NCBI GenBank assembly: GCA_002492045.1
Contig: DKXC01000095.1
Location: 5,735 to 38,446 of the forward strand
DNA length: 32,712 nucleotides
Reading direction: 5' to 3'
From: Micrococcaceae bacterium UBA7136
GTDB taxonomy: Bacteria > Actinomycetota > Actinomycetes > Actinomycetales > Micrococcaceae
The notes beneath the pieces were generated by a model, which was given only the letters and a program-made list of their open reading frames with translations, was not told the DNA's origin and ran no database searches. Shown piece after piece: positions 17,810 through 26,441 of this stretch. Position 1 is the first letter of the stretch. Each line of letters opens with the position of its first letter. Made by a program: the position numbers and the translations under genes.

Positions 17810-19891
17810 CTACTTGGTGGTGACCTTAAGCAGGCTGGAAGCGCCGGGGGTCATCTGACCCTGCTGGCCCTCAACCTCAGCGAAGGTCTTAGTGTTGGTG
17901 ACCAGAACCGGGGTGACGGTGGAGTAACCGGCAGCCTCAATCTTGGCGGTGTCAAAGGTCAGCAGCAGGTCGCCGGGGTTAACCCGCTGACCCTTCTCAA
18001 CCTTGACGTCGAAGCCCTCACCGTTCATGTTGACGGTGTCGATACCAACGTGAATCAGCAGCTCAACACCGTTATCCAGCTTGAGGCCAATAGCGTGACC
18101 AGACGGCATGGTGACAGTGACCTTACCGGCAGCGGGAGCTACCACGCTGTTACCGGAGGGCTTGATGGCGGCACCCTTACCCAGCTTGGCGGCGGCGAAG
18201 ATGGGGTCGGGAGTCTCAGACAGGTCGATAGCTTCACCCTCGATGGGGGAAGCAATCTCAAGAACCTCACCAGCGGTCTCAGCAGCAGCATCAGTCTGCT
18301 GGGCAGAGGCAGACCAGGGGGTCTTAGCCTCGGCAGCAGCAGCGGCAGCGGCGGGGGCAGCAGCTACAGCAGCCTCAACCTTCTCTTCAACCTTGGCCTC
18401 AGCGGCAGCCTTCTTATCGTCCTTAGACTCGTAACCGAAGACCAGAACACCAACCATGGCGCCAAAGAAGGCAATAGCCAGACCAATGATGTAGAGGTAC
18501 CAGGGCTGCATAGCCGGGATAGAAATCAGAGAGGTGAAGGCGAAGGCGTAGGACTGAACACCCAGGGCAGAAATGGTGGCACCACCAATGATGGCGGGAA
18601 CCAGAATCAGGGGGAAGACCCGCTTGTAGCGCAGAACAACACCGTAGAGGGAAGGCTCAGAGATACCACCCAGCAGACCGGAAGCAGCCGCACCGGTAGC
18701 GGTCTGACGCAGTTCCTTGTTGTTCTTAGCGGCAATAGCAACACCGGTAACAACACCGAAAACAGCGAAGTTGTAGGCACCCATGGGGGACTGGATGAAG
18801 TCAACACCATTGGTCTGCAGGTTGTTAATCATGACGGCGTTCAGGGGCCAGTGCAGACCCAGGGGAACCATGAAGAGGTAGAGACCAGCAATCAGGCCAC
18901 CTACCAGCCAGGGGGCAACCTCGTTGACGCCACCAATGAAGTCAGAGATAGCCAGGGCGAACTTGATACCGATGGGGCCAATCAGGAAGGCAGTCAAGGG
19001 AACCAGAATCATGACAGACAGCATGGGTACGAAGACCATGTGCAGCATGGTGGGGATGACCTTCTTAAGGAAGCGCTCCAGGGGTGCCAGCAGGGCGGCC
19101 GCGAAGAGGGGCGGGAAGATCTGACCGGTGTAGTTCATGACGTAGAGGGGCAGCTCCAGGCCGAAGAAAGGAACCTGAACGACGCCGTCCACGGCAATGT
19201 CATTGAAGCCCTGGAAGGTGCCGGTCATGAGAGCAGCGGGGATAGCCGCACCCACCCACATGTTGGCGCCCAGGCGCTGGGCAGCGGTTGCACCCAGCAT
19301 GATGGGCATGAACTGCAGGACCGACAGAGAAGCGGCCAGCATGATGAACCAGAAGGGGAAGGCAGCCCGCCACTCGTTCAGCATGGCGGCGGCAGCATCA
19401 GCATCAGCCAGGCGGGGGCCGTTGACGATGTCGATGTTAACAACCTGGCCGGTCAGGTCGGTGTACTGACCGAAGTAGCCCAGCTGCTGCAGGAAGACAA
19501 TCAGGGTCAGGATCATGGAGGTGCCCAGCAGCGCCCAGAGGATGGGGCGGAAAGCATCAGAGAGCACATCAAAGACTCGGGTCAGGGGGCTGGCCTTCTT
19601 TTCGTCCTTGCTGGACTCTCCACCCTTATCGTCGCCCAGGTTCTGCATGCCGGGCAGCTTGGTCATCTCGTTGTAGACAGCCTCAACCTTGTCGCCCAGA
19701 ACAACCTGGGTCTGACCGGACTGCTCAATGACAGAGAGGACGCCGGGGACCTTCTCAATGGCGTCCTTGTCGATGGCGCTGTTGGATTTGGGGGTCACGC
19801 GCAGGCGGGTTGCGCAGTGTGTGAAGTGGGAGATGTTCTCGGAGCCGCCCAGGCCCTTGAGAATCTCTGAACCCATCTGTGAGTTATTCAC
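17810..19891 (-). CDS. ptsG: PTS EIIBCA, glucose/beta-glucoside family
   Basis: EIIB HCATRLR, EIIC GISEP, Ala-rich linker, EIIA LLIHVGIDTV. Confidence 0.88.
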   Translation of the reverse strand: MNNSQMGSEILKGLGGSENISHFTHCATRLRVTPKSNSAIDKDAIEKVPGVLSVIEQSGQTQVVLGDKVEAVYNEMTKLPGMQNLGDDKGGESSKDEKKASPLTRVFDVLSDAFRPILWALLGTSMILTLIVFLQQLGYFGQYTDLTGQVVNIDIVNGPRLADADAAAAMLNEWRAAFPFWFIMLAASLSVLQFMPIMLGATAAQRLGANMWVGAAIPAALMTGTFQGFNDIAVDGVVQVPFFGLELPLYVMNYTGQIFPPLFAAALLAPLERFLKKVIPTMLHMVFVPMLSVMILVPLTAFLIGPIGIKFALAISDFIGGVNEVAPWLVGGLIAGLYLFMVPLGLHWPLNAVMINNLQTNGVDFIQSPMGAYNFAVFGVVTGVAIAAKNNKELRQTATGAAASGLLGGISEPSLYGVVLRYKRVFPLILVPAIIGGATISALGVQSYAFAFTSLISIPAMQPWYLYIIGLAIAFFGAMVGVLVFGYESKDDKKAAAEAKVEEKVEAAVAAAPAAAAAAAEAKTPWSASAQQTDAAAETAGEVLEIASPIEGEAIDLSETPDPIFAAAKLGKGAAIKPSGNSVVAPAAGKVTVTMPSGHAIGLKLDNGVELLIHVGIDTVNMNGEGFDVKVEKGQRVNPGDLLLTFDTAKIEAAGYSTVTPVLVTNTKTFAEVEGQQGQMTPGASSLLKVTTK

Positions 19892-19932
19892 CTAAGGTAA
19901 CTTTCTAGCTGGATGCCAGGACAGTTACTCTT

Positions 19933-20045
19933 AAAACCAAAAAGACCCGAGCTGCTATCCGACTCACCTAACCCTAGTGGGTAGACCTCTGCCCTGGTTG
20001 GCAACCCTTAGACCGGTGCCGGGGCTGATAGCAACTCAGGTCTTG
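19933..20045 (-). terminator. Conditional terminator overlapping the RAT
   Basis: Minus strand AAGACCTGAGTTGCTATC pairs with GATAGCAGCTCGGGTCTT, then a U-rich tail; large internal loop. Confidence 0.8.
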
Positions 20046-20067
20046 CCTGCTCAAACAGTAACAATCC
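20039..20067 (-). promoter_or_regulatory. RAT (ribonucleic antiterminator) for a BglG/LicT-type protein
   Basis: Minus strand GGATTGTTACTGTTTGAGCAGGCAAGACC matches the GGATTGTTACTG...GCAGGCAA.ACC consensus. Confidence 0.9.
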
Positions 20068-20148
20068 TGACGATGTTCTTATCTTGTCTGGGCCTTGCAG
20101 GCCCAATCGTCCTTAAGGTTACTCCCTGACCAGCAGACAGGGCAAGCC

Positions 20149-21414
20149 CTAAGAAGCCTCAGGAACTGCAAGGGCAGAGAGAGGGATAACATGGATCCCT
20201 GACTCCAGCGTGAAGCCGAACTCTCCACCAGTAATAACAGCTAGGAACCGAGGCTGCCCCCGCCGTTCCGTATTGACGGTATGAGCTAGCTTGAGCAGGG
20301 TCTTCTCAGCCTGGGCTAAGGTCTTGTCTGAGGACCCAAGTTTGATTTCTAAGGCAGCCCAAGAACCATCAGGAAATTCCAGGATAAGGTCAGATTCTAG
20401 GCCGTTGCTATCTCGGTAGTGGAAGGTTTGGGCGTCAAGCACACTTGCGTAGGTTCGGATATCTCGAACAGCCATATTTTCAAAGAGTTGACCAAAATAT
20501 TCGGGGTCTTGAGCTAAAACAGTTGCTGAAATACCCAAGCTGGCACAGGCGAGGGCAGGCTCGGTAAGCATGAGCTTAGCCTGGTTGCGTAGCCTAGCCT
20601 TAGACCTGACAGCTACGCTCCAGGCAGGTAGTTCTTCCAGGATAAATATTCTGCTGAGAGCATCTAGATAGGTGCGAACCGACTTAGCTGAAATTTCAGT
20701 CCCATCAGCATTAACATCTTTAGCTAGGGTGCTGGCTGTAACCTCACTGCCGATATTGCGTGAGAGAGACTGGAAGAGCCGGGTAAAACGTACTGTATCT
20801 GGGCGACTTCCCAGTAATTCAGGGACGTGAAGGGTGCTCAGATCTTCTACATAGGACCTGTTGAAGCGCATAGCAAAAGAGAGCTTCTGATCTAGCAGGG
20901 AGGGCCAGCCTCCGGTGACTGCGGCTTCTGCCAACTCCTGGTAGGTGAGTTTTGCTCTGACGCCAGAGAGCTTACTTTTGCTGGTCAGCTGCCCCAGGTC
21001 AACAAGATTGCTTGATTTTTCAGATTCGGCCAGGGTCATAGGGCGCATTCTGAGGCGGCCTATACGGCCTACTCCTGTATGGCGACGGGCTTCATCTGCT
21101 GGTGTTGCAGAACCAGACAGAATGAACTGACCTGCTTTCTGCCTGGCGTCAATCTCATGGCGCAAAGAGTTCCACACCTGGGGTTGAAGCTGCCATTCGT
21201 CGATAAGCCGCGGGGTTTCCCCTGCCAGGGTGTAGGAAGGATCTAGCTCTATCAGCTTGCTCATACGGGGGTCATCCAGGCGGATGCTGCTGGCTGAATG
21301 TTCTAGGCCTGTTGATGTTTTCCCACAGGCTCGGGCCCCTTCAATAACGACGCCGCCGAAGCCTGAGAGAAGCTCAGGAAGAACCTTATCAACTGCTCTA
21401 GCTAGATACCTCAT
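20149..21414 (-). CDS. AAA_14 ATPase with wHTH and C-terminal DUF4143 (PD-(D/E)XK-like) domain
   Basis: GARACGKT, LIDEWQ, FILSGS, LRMRPMTLAE, GGWP, FENMA, HYRDSNGLESDL...LEIKLG; lower GC. Confidence 0.9.
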   Translation of the reverse strand: MRYLARAVDKVLPELLSGFGGVVIEGARACGKTSTGLEHSASSIRLDDPRMSKLIELDPSYTLAGETPRLIDEWQLQPQVWNSLRHEIDARQKAGQFILSGSATPADEARRHTGVGRIGRLRMRPMTLAESEKSSNLVDLGQLTSKSKLSGVRAKLTYQELAEAAVTGGWPSLLDQKLSFAMRFNRSYVEDLSTLHVPELLGSRPDTVRFTRLFQSLSRNIGSEVTASTLAKDVNADGTEISAKSVRTYLDALSRIFILEELPAWSVAVRSKARLRNQAKLMLTEPALACASLGISATVLAQDPEYFGQLFENMAVRDIRTYASVLDAQTFHYRDSNGLESDLILEFPDGSWAALEIKLGSSDKTLAQAEKTLLKLAHTVNTERRGQPRFLAVITGGEFGFTLESGIHVIPLSALAVPEAS

Positions 21415-21461
21415 GGGTTCTTATCCTAGCAAAGAAACTCCTTGCCAGATGCTTCCAAGTA

Positions 21462-21547
21462 CACTTTTGCAGGATTTTTGAGGGAACTCTTGCAGGGTTT
21501 TAAAGTTCACTTTTGCAGGGTTTTTGAGGGTTCTTCTGCAGATTTTC
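21462..21547 (-). repeat. 23-bp-period direct repeat array upstream of the DUF4143 ATPase
   Basis: TGCAG cores start at 21468, 21491, 21514, 21537; units 1 and 3 are nearly identical (cacttttgcagg.tttttgaggg). Confidence 0.85.
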
Positions 21548-21560
21548 TTCCTCTAGCCTC

Positions 21561-24095
21561 CTAAGAAGCCTGGGCCTCCTGGACGGCAGCCAGGGCAGCC
21601 GGATGCTTGGCCGCAATCCAGGCCCGGTGCAGACGCAGATTCACCTCGATCAGCAGGTAACCAAGCAAGGCCACCAGCAGAACAGCCTGCAGGTAGGCCC
21701 CCTGCGGTAGCACAAACTGGTGGTACCAGAGGGAGACCGGCAGGGTCAAGACCAGGGCCAGGCCCGCATACATAGAGGCAACAATAGCCAGGTTCCTACC
21801 CCGCAGCGGACGCAGCACCGTCGTCATGTTATAGACACCCATCAGCACCAGGGCCAGGAAGGTAGCCGTCTGCAAGGTGGCTGTCTGCTGGCCCAGGGCC
21901 CGGCCGTAACCATTCACAAAAACCAGCACCGAGGTAATAATCAGGGCCGTCGGCAGGGCATAGTGGAGGGCCCGACCCAAGAACCCCGAAACATAGCGGC
22001 GCTTATTGGGCAGCATGGTGATAAAGAAGGCCGGGGCACCCACAATCAGCAGGTCAGCCGTTGAATACTGGCGGGGCAGGAAGGGGAAGTTCCAGCAGAG
22101 AATACCCAGGGTGACGCCCAGCATGATAGCGAAGGCCGTCTTGGTCAAGAAGAGGTTAGTCACCCGCTCAATATTGGCAATAATCTTGCGTCCCTCAGCC
22201 AGGACGCCAGGCAGCCGGTCAAAGCGGCCGTCCAAGAGCACCAGGCGAGAGACCGCCTTAGTGGCCGGGGCAGCATTACCCATGGCAATACCCAGATCAG
22301 CGTGCTTGAGGGCCAGAGCATCGTTAATGCCGTCACCGGTCATGGCCACCACATGCCCGGCCTCCCGCAGGCCCAGCACCATGTTCTTCTTCTGCTCGGG
22401 TGAGACCCGGCCAAAGACGGCGTGGCTACGGGCAGCCTCAACCAGCTGGGGGCCAGACTCGGGCAGGGTAGAGGCGTCCACGGCCCCAGCTGAGACATCC
22501 ATACCGGCTGCTGCTGCGGCAGCTGCCACCGTCCGGGGGTTATCGCCCGAGAAAACCTTAAGGTCAATGCCCTGGCTACGGAAATAAGCCAGGGTTTCAG
22601 GGGCCTCAGACCGCACCTGCTCCCGGAAAATAATCAGCAACTGGGGTGCCAGGCCTGCTGGAACTCGGGTGGCTACCTTACCGTCGCTGCTCCGTTCCAG
22701 GGCCGGGGCGTGGGCCAGAACTAGCACTCGCAGGCCGCTATCGGCCAGGTCTCCAGCCTGGGTACGGGCGGGAGAATCTGCTGCTAGCAGGGCCTCGGGG
22801 GCACCCAGTAGCCAGGCGCCGCTTCCAGCCAGTTCCACACCGCTAAAACGCAGGGCAGAGGAGAAAGGCAGGACGCCAGTTGCCTGGGGGGCCTGCTCAC
22901 CAGCCGGGGCGGCAGAGGCTAGGGCCTGGGCGAAGGGTTCCTTGAGGGCGGCGGCAGTGGGGTTAGCGTTCTGATCAGCACCCAACCAGCCCAGGGCCGC
23001 ATCCCAGCCGGACTCAAGCTGCTGGGGACGGGTGGAAGTTTCGGCCTGCTCACCCCAGAGCAGCTGGCCCTCCAAAGTCTGGACAGAATCCAGGCGGACA
23101 CCGCCCTCAGTCAGGGTGCCGGTCTTATCGAAACAGACCGTATCAACCCGGGCCAGCACCTCAACTGCAGGCTGCTCCTGAATCAGAACCTCCTGGCCGG
23201 CTAGCTTAACTGAGGCTACCGCAAAAGAAATGGTGGTCATGAGGGCCAGGCCCTGAGGCACCATGGAAGCAACAGAAGAAACAGAGGTAATGAGGGCGCC
23301 CCGCCAGGCATCCGTTGCCAGGGCAGTCTCCCAGCCACCGGCAGCCTGCATCTGGCCGTTGAGCACAATGGCAATAATGGGCAGCAGGGCCAGGGTAATC
23401 CACTTGACTACCTTCTCCATACCGGCCCGCAACTCAGAGTGAATCTGGCTGAACTGGCGGGCCTCAGAGGTAATCTTGGCCGCCCGCGAAGAAGCACCCA
23501 CCGCTGAAAGGCGGGCCCGGCCAGAGCCGCCCACCACCGAGGAAGCAGAGAGAAGCTTATCGCCCGGCTGCTTGGCAATGGGGTCATTTTCACCGGTCAG
23601 CAGGGACTCATCAACGTCCAGGCCCTCACTGCTGAGCACCACTGCGTCAGCTGGTACCTGGTCGCCGCGGCCCAGCAGAACCAGGTCGTCCAGAACCAGC
23701 TGGTCGATAGGTACCTGGCTGATCTGGCCGTCCCGGATGACACGGATGGGGTCTCGGCGTAGTAGGGCAATCTTGTCTAGCTGACGCTTGGCCGAGTATT
23801 CCTGGGTGAAGCCAATGACCACGTTGGCAATGGCAGCCAAGAGAAAGAGGGTGTCCAGCAAGGAACCCACCAGAATAACGGCCAGGCCGCAGAGACCCAG
23901 CACCAGGTTGAAGATGGTGAAGAGATGGGTGCGAATAATGGTGGCCGTGGAGCGGGAAGTGCTCTTGTCCTGCTGGTTGGTCAGCCCGGCCTGCTGCCTC
24001 TGGGCGACCTCCTGACTGGTCAAGCCCTGGGCTAGCAGCTGGTCGTCGGAGGGGCTGCTGGGCCTGGCTGTGGGGGCAGAGGAGGTCTGAGACAT
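21561..24095 (-). CDS. Cation-transporting P-type ATPase (CtpE-like)
   Basis: DESLLTGE, VPQGL, DKTGTLT, FSGDN, MTGDGIND motifs. Confidence 0.92.
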   Translation of the reverse strand: MSQTSSAPTARPSSPSDDQLLAQGLTSQEVAQRQQAGLTNQQDKSTSRSTATIIRTHLFTIFNLVLGLCGLAVILVGSLLDTLFLLAAIANVVIGFTQEYSAKRQLDKIALLRRDPIRVIRDGQISQVPIDQLVLDDLVLLGRGDQVPADAVVLSSEGLDVDESLLTGENDPIAKQPGDKLLSASSVVGGSGRARLSAVGASSRAAKITSEARQFSQIHSELRAGMEKVVKWITLALLPIIAIVLNGQMQAAGGWETALATDAWRGALITSVSSVASMVPQGLALMTTISFAVASVKLAGQEVLIQEQPAVEVLARVDTVCFDKTGTLTEGGVRLDSVQTLEGQLLWGEQAETSTRPQQLESGWDAALGWLGADQNANPTAAALKEPFAQALASAAPAGEQAPQATGVLPFSSALRFSGVELAGSGAWLLGAPEALLAADSPARTQAGDLADSGLRVLVLAHAPALERSSDGKVATRVPAGLAPQLLIIFREQVRSEAPETLAYFRSQGIDLKVFSGDNPRTVAAAAAAAGMDVSAGAVDASTLPESGPQLVEAARSHAVFGRVSPEQKKNMVLGLREAGHVVAMTGDGINDALALKHADLGIAMGNAAPATKAVSRLVLLDGRFDRLPGVLAEGRKIIANIERVTNLFLTKTAFAIMLGVTLGILCWNFPFLPRQYSTADLLIVGAPAFFITMLPNKRRYVSGFLGRALHYALPTALIITSVLVFVNGYGRALGQQTATLQTATFLALVLMGVYNMTTVLRPLRGRNLAIVASMYAGLALVLTLPVSLWYHQFVLPQGAYLQAVLLVALLGYLLIEVNLRLHRAWIAAKHPAALAAVQEAQAS

Positions 24096-24200
24096 AGGCT
24101 TCCTTGGGCGTCAGAGGACGGGGATATCCCTCTAGTTTAGTGGACGGTGCCGAGCGTATCCCCTTTTTGTACTCTGGGGCTAAAAGAGCGCCCTCTTACT

Positions 24201-24262
24201 GGGGCGGTAATCTTTGCATCTGCCGGTCATTTTTGACCGTCCCCTGCAAAGAACACCGCCTC
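24201..24262. repeat. Palindromic repeat family B, copy B1 (inverted relative to B2/B3)
   Basis: Reverse complement matches 25321-25382 at 53/62 by manual alignment. Confidence 0.92.
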
Positions 24263-24274
24263 GAGATTTCAGCC

Positions 24275-25177
24275 CTAGCGGACTCCAGCCTCCCAGAGGC
24301 GCTGACGCAGGGTCAGAGGATGCTCCACCAACTCCTTCCACCGCACCCGGATAATACGCCAACCGGCTGCCTCAAGCTCCCGCTGACGCCGATGCTCAGC
24401 CCGAATCACCTCCTGCGGGTTCCCGTAAGCCCCCGAATACTTGACCTCACCGTCCACCTCCAAGAGGACGCCTTGCTCTGGCCAGGCAAAATCTGCCCGG
24501 TAGAGCTTGCCGTAAGGCGTCCAAATCTCAAACTGCTCCCGAGGCAGGGGGAGGTTCCAGTCATGAATCAGGTTGCGGGCTATGGTCTCAGCTGGTGAAT
24601 CTGACTGGTCGCTGAGACGCTGAGCAAGCCGCTGGGCCCTTGGCCTTTGAAGGGCCTCCAAGGACGCCCTGGCCTCAGCCAAGCTCAGGAAACCCTTACG
24701 CAGAAGAAAATCTCCTGCCACCAGGGCCTCCAGTAGCGGGACGCTCAGGGCCAGATCTAGCAGGGTTTGCTGTGGGCTAGTGACGCGGGCCCCCAGCAGG
24801 TAAGAAGAAGCTGCCACGACCTCTGGGCGTCCCCTGTGCAGACGGAGACCCGGAGCCTGGTTACCAGAGAAAGAAGCGTAGGTCAGGTGGACTTTGGTTG
24901 GTAGCTTCAAAAGGGGAGCCCCCATCCAGAGGGCAGCAGACTGGTGACTCAGCACTCCGCTGGGTCGAGTCTTAACCTGGGCAATGTGCTGGGCTAGGCA
25001 ACGCTCACGTGGCTCCCATGACTGCCAGCTAGTGGGGTCTACATAGACCCCTTGTTTGAGCCTGCGGAGGCGACCGGCCCGCGTCCTCCGGGAGACGGTG
25101 GCGGCAGATAGGCCTTGATGTGCGAGGTCGGCTAGGGTCTGTACTTGGGGAAAAAGCTGCTGGACTGTTTGAGTCAT
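24275..25177 (-). CDS. AbiEi-like wHTH + DUF559/Vsr-like PD-(D/E)XK nuclease domain protein (intact)
   Basis: GLSAATVSRRTRAGRLRRLKQGVY (wHTH), VLSHQSAA..., VTSPQQTLLD, SDSPAET, YRADFAWPEQGVLLEVDG..KY, GWRIIRVRW; start 25177 chosen from the paralog alignment and -10 spacing. Confidence 0.88.
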   Translation of the reverse strand: MTQTVQQLFPQVQTLADLAHQGLSAATVSRRTRAGRLRRLKQGVYVDPTSWQSWEPRERCLAQHIAQVKTRPSGVLSHQSAALWMGAPLLKLPTKVHLTYASFSGNQAPGLRLHRGRPEVVAASSYLLGARVTSPQQTLLDLALSVPLLEALVAGDFLLRKGFLSLAEARASLEALQRPRAQRLAQRLSDQSDSPAETIARNLIHDWNLPLPREQFEIWTPYGKLYRADFAWPEQGVLLEVDGEVKYSGAYGNPQEVIRAEHRRQRELEAAGWRIIRVRWKELVEHPLTLRQRLWEAGVR

Positions 25178-25235
25178 AGGGTCAGTCTGCTCTTGGTCTG
25201 AGAGGTTACCCAAGGCCAAGAGGGGCTGTGGATAA
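25178..25235 (-). promoter_or_regulatory. Leaderless promoter (CAGACT -10) plus perfect DnaA box TTATCCACA at 25227-25235
   Basis: Minus strand TTATCCACAGCCCC...CAGACTGACCCT-ATG; same spacing as 7483-7540. Confidence 0.7.
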
Positions 25236-25320
25236 GCTGGTCAGGCTCTCTCGTCCCGAGTTTGCAGGCTAGTCCTTGTGTGATTTCTTCTAACTCGACC
25301 GGCAGAGGCCCCTACTATAA

Positions 25321-25382
25321 AGGGCGCCAATCTTTGCAGGGGACGGTCAAAAACGACCGGCAGGTGCAAAGATTAGCGCCCC
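25321..25382. repeat. Palindromic repeat family B, copy B2
   Basis: gggcgccaatctttgca-gggga-cggtc-aaaaac-gaccg-gcagg-tgcaaagattagcgccc. Confidence 0.92.
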
Positions 25383-25403
25383 GACAAGGCTGGGTAGGGT
25401 TAC

Positions 25404-26369
25404 CTAGTCTTGGACGATACCGTTTGGCGAAAGAGTGACGCTGTGAGTGGCATTGACGCAGTAGAGCGTCTGGGCATCGGTAGGCTTGCAAGAAACGCCC
25501 AGGGCGGTAATAACAGTGCCTACATCAACAGAAGGAGCCGTCACAGGGCCCACTGCTCCGTCAAAAAAGTCATAGGTGCTAATCGGTCCACTCTTACCTA
25601 TACCAACAATAGTGAGCTTGCCGTTAGCAAGGAAGACCCGGCAACTAATCCCGCCTGCCTCAAGGGTTCCCTTACAGTCGATCTTCTGGGAAGGGATAGA
25701 GAACGCAACCGAAAGTCCAGACCTAGAATTTTGGGAATAGTCAGGGATGAGGTGCTTCTGAATATTGACTACATAGCCGGGCAGAACCCGTTCACCGGGC
25801 ATACGAACTTCAATATAGGCACCGTTAGCGTCATTCTGGCAGAGGGCCTGCTGACCAGACAGCTGGGTTGCTGCACCTGCATAGCCGCGGTTGAGACCAC
25901 AACGGTAACCGCCCATGATTCCTTCAGCAACGGCGTCTCGGCTGTAGGCGATATTCTCTACAATTTTCGGAAGGTAGGCATTGACAACGGCTAGAGCCTC
26001 ACTGCAAGAGACCTGCCCACCTGATACATAGACGTCTCCCTGAGTGCCGCTAGAGGAGTGAGAAACAGAACCACAGTTAGTGCCAGGGGCTGCGACGGCC
26101 TGGTCTGCCGGGGCGGCAGTGGTGGGTTCAGGGCTTGGGCTGGCAGAAGTTGGCTCTGGCCTTGGGGCCTCTGAGGTCGCCTGGACGCTGGGCGTCGGGC
26201 TGGGAGTGGGGCTGACGCTGGTTGATGAGGGCGTCGGGCTGGGGCTGGCGCTAGTGCTGGTAACCTCTGGGCTGGGGGCGCTGGCTGGGGCCTGACTGGG
26301 GGAGGAACAGGCAGCTAGGGCCAGGGCAGCGATACCCAGGGCGCTCATGAGCTTAGTGCGAGAGAACAT
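25404..26369 (-). CDS. Lipoprotein with Pro/Ser/Thr-rich linker and Cys-rich C-terminal region, function unknown
   Basis: Lipobox LAAC (Cys21), PS/PT-rich stalk, 8 further Cys; AAAGGAG SD. Confidence 0.8.
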   Translation of the reverse strand: MFSRTKLMSALGIAALALAACSSPSQAPASAPSPEVTSTSASPSPTPSSTSVSPTPSPTPSVQATSEAPRPEPTSASPSPEPTTAAPADQAVAAPGTNCGSVSHSSSGTQGDVYVSGGQVSCSEALAVVNAYLPKIVENIAYSRDAVAEGIMGGYRCGLNRGYAGAATQLSGQQALCQNDANGAYIEVRMPGERVLPGYVVNIQKHLIPDYSQNSRSGLSVAFSIPSQKIDCKGTLEAGGISCRVFLANGKLTIVGIGKSGPISTYDFFDGAVGPVTAPSVDVGTVITALGVSCKPTDAQTLYCVNATHSVTLSPNGIVQD

Positions 26370-26441
26370 AAAGGCTCCTTTGCTAATACGTACAGCCTTA
26401 ACTCTAACTCTTATCAGCTGATACAGGAGACAGCTTCCCGC

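Noticed and set aside
18050-19870. 606-aa plus-strand ORF
   Set aside because: Antisense shadow of the codon-biased PTS gene; no recognisable motifs
21462-21547. Possible mini-CRISPR array
   Set aside because: The 23-bp period leaves no room for spacers, the units are degenerate and no cas genes are present
24275-25177. Type IV toxin-antitoxin (AbiE) pair
   Set aside because: No AbiEii nucleotidyltransferase partner next to either paralog; the proteins carry a fused nuclease-like domain instead
26100-26300. Short GGGCT-type tandem repeats (also 32440-32605)
   Set aside because: Explained by Pro/Ser/Ala-rich protein linkers
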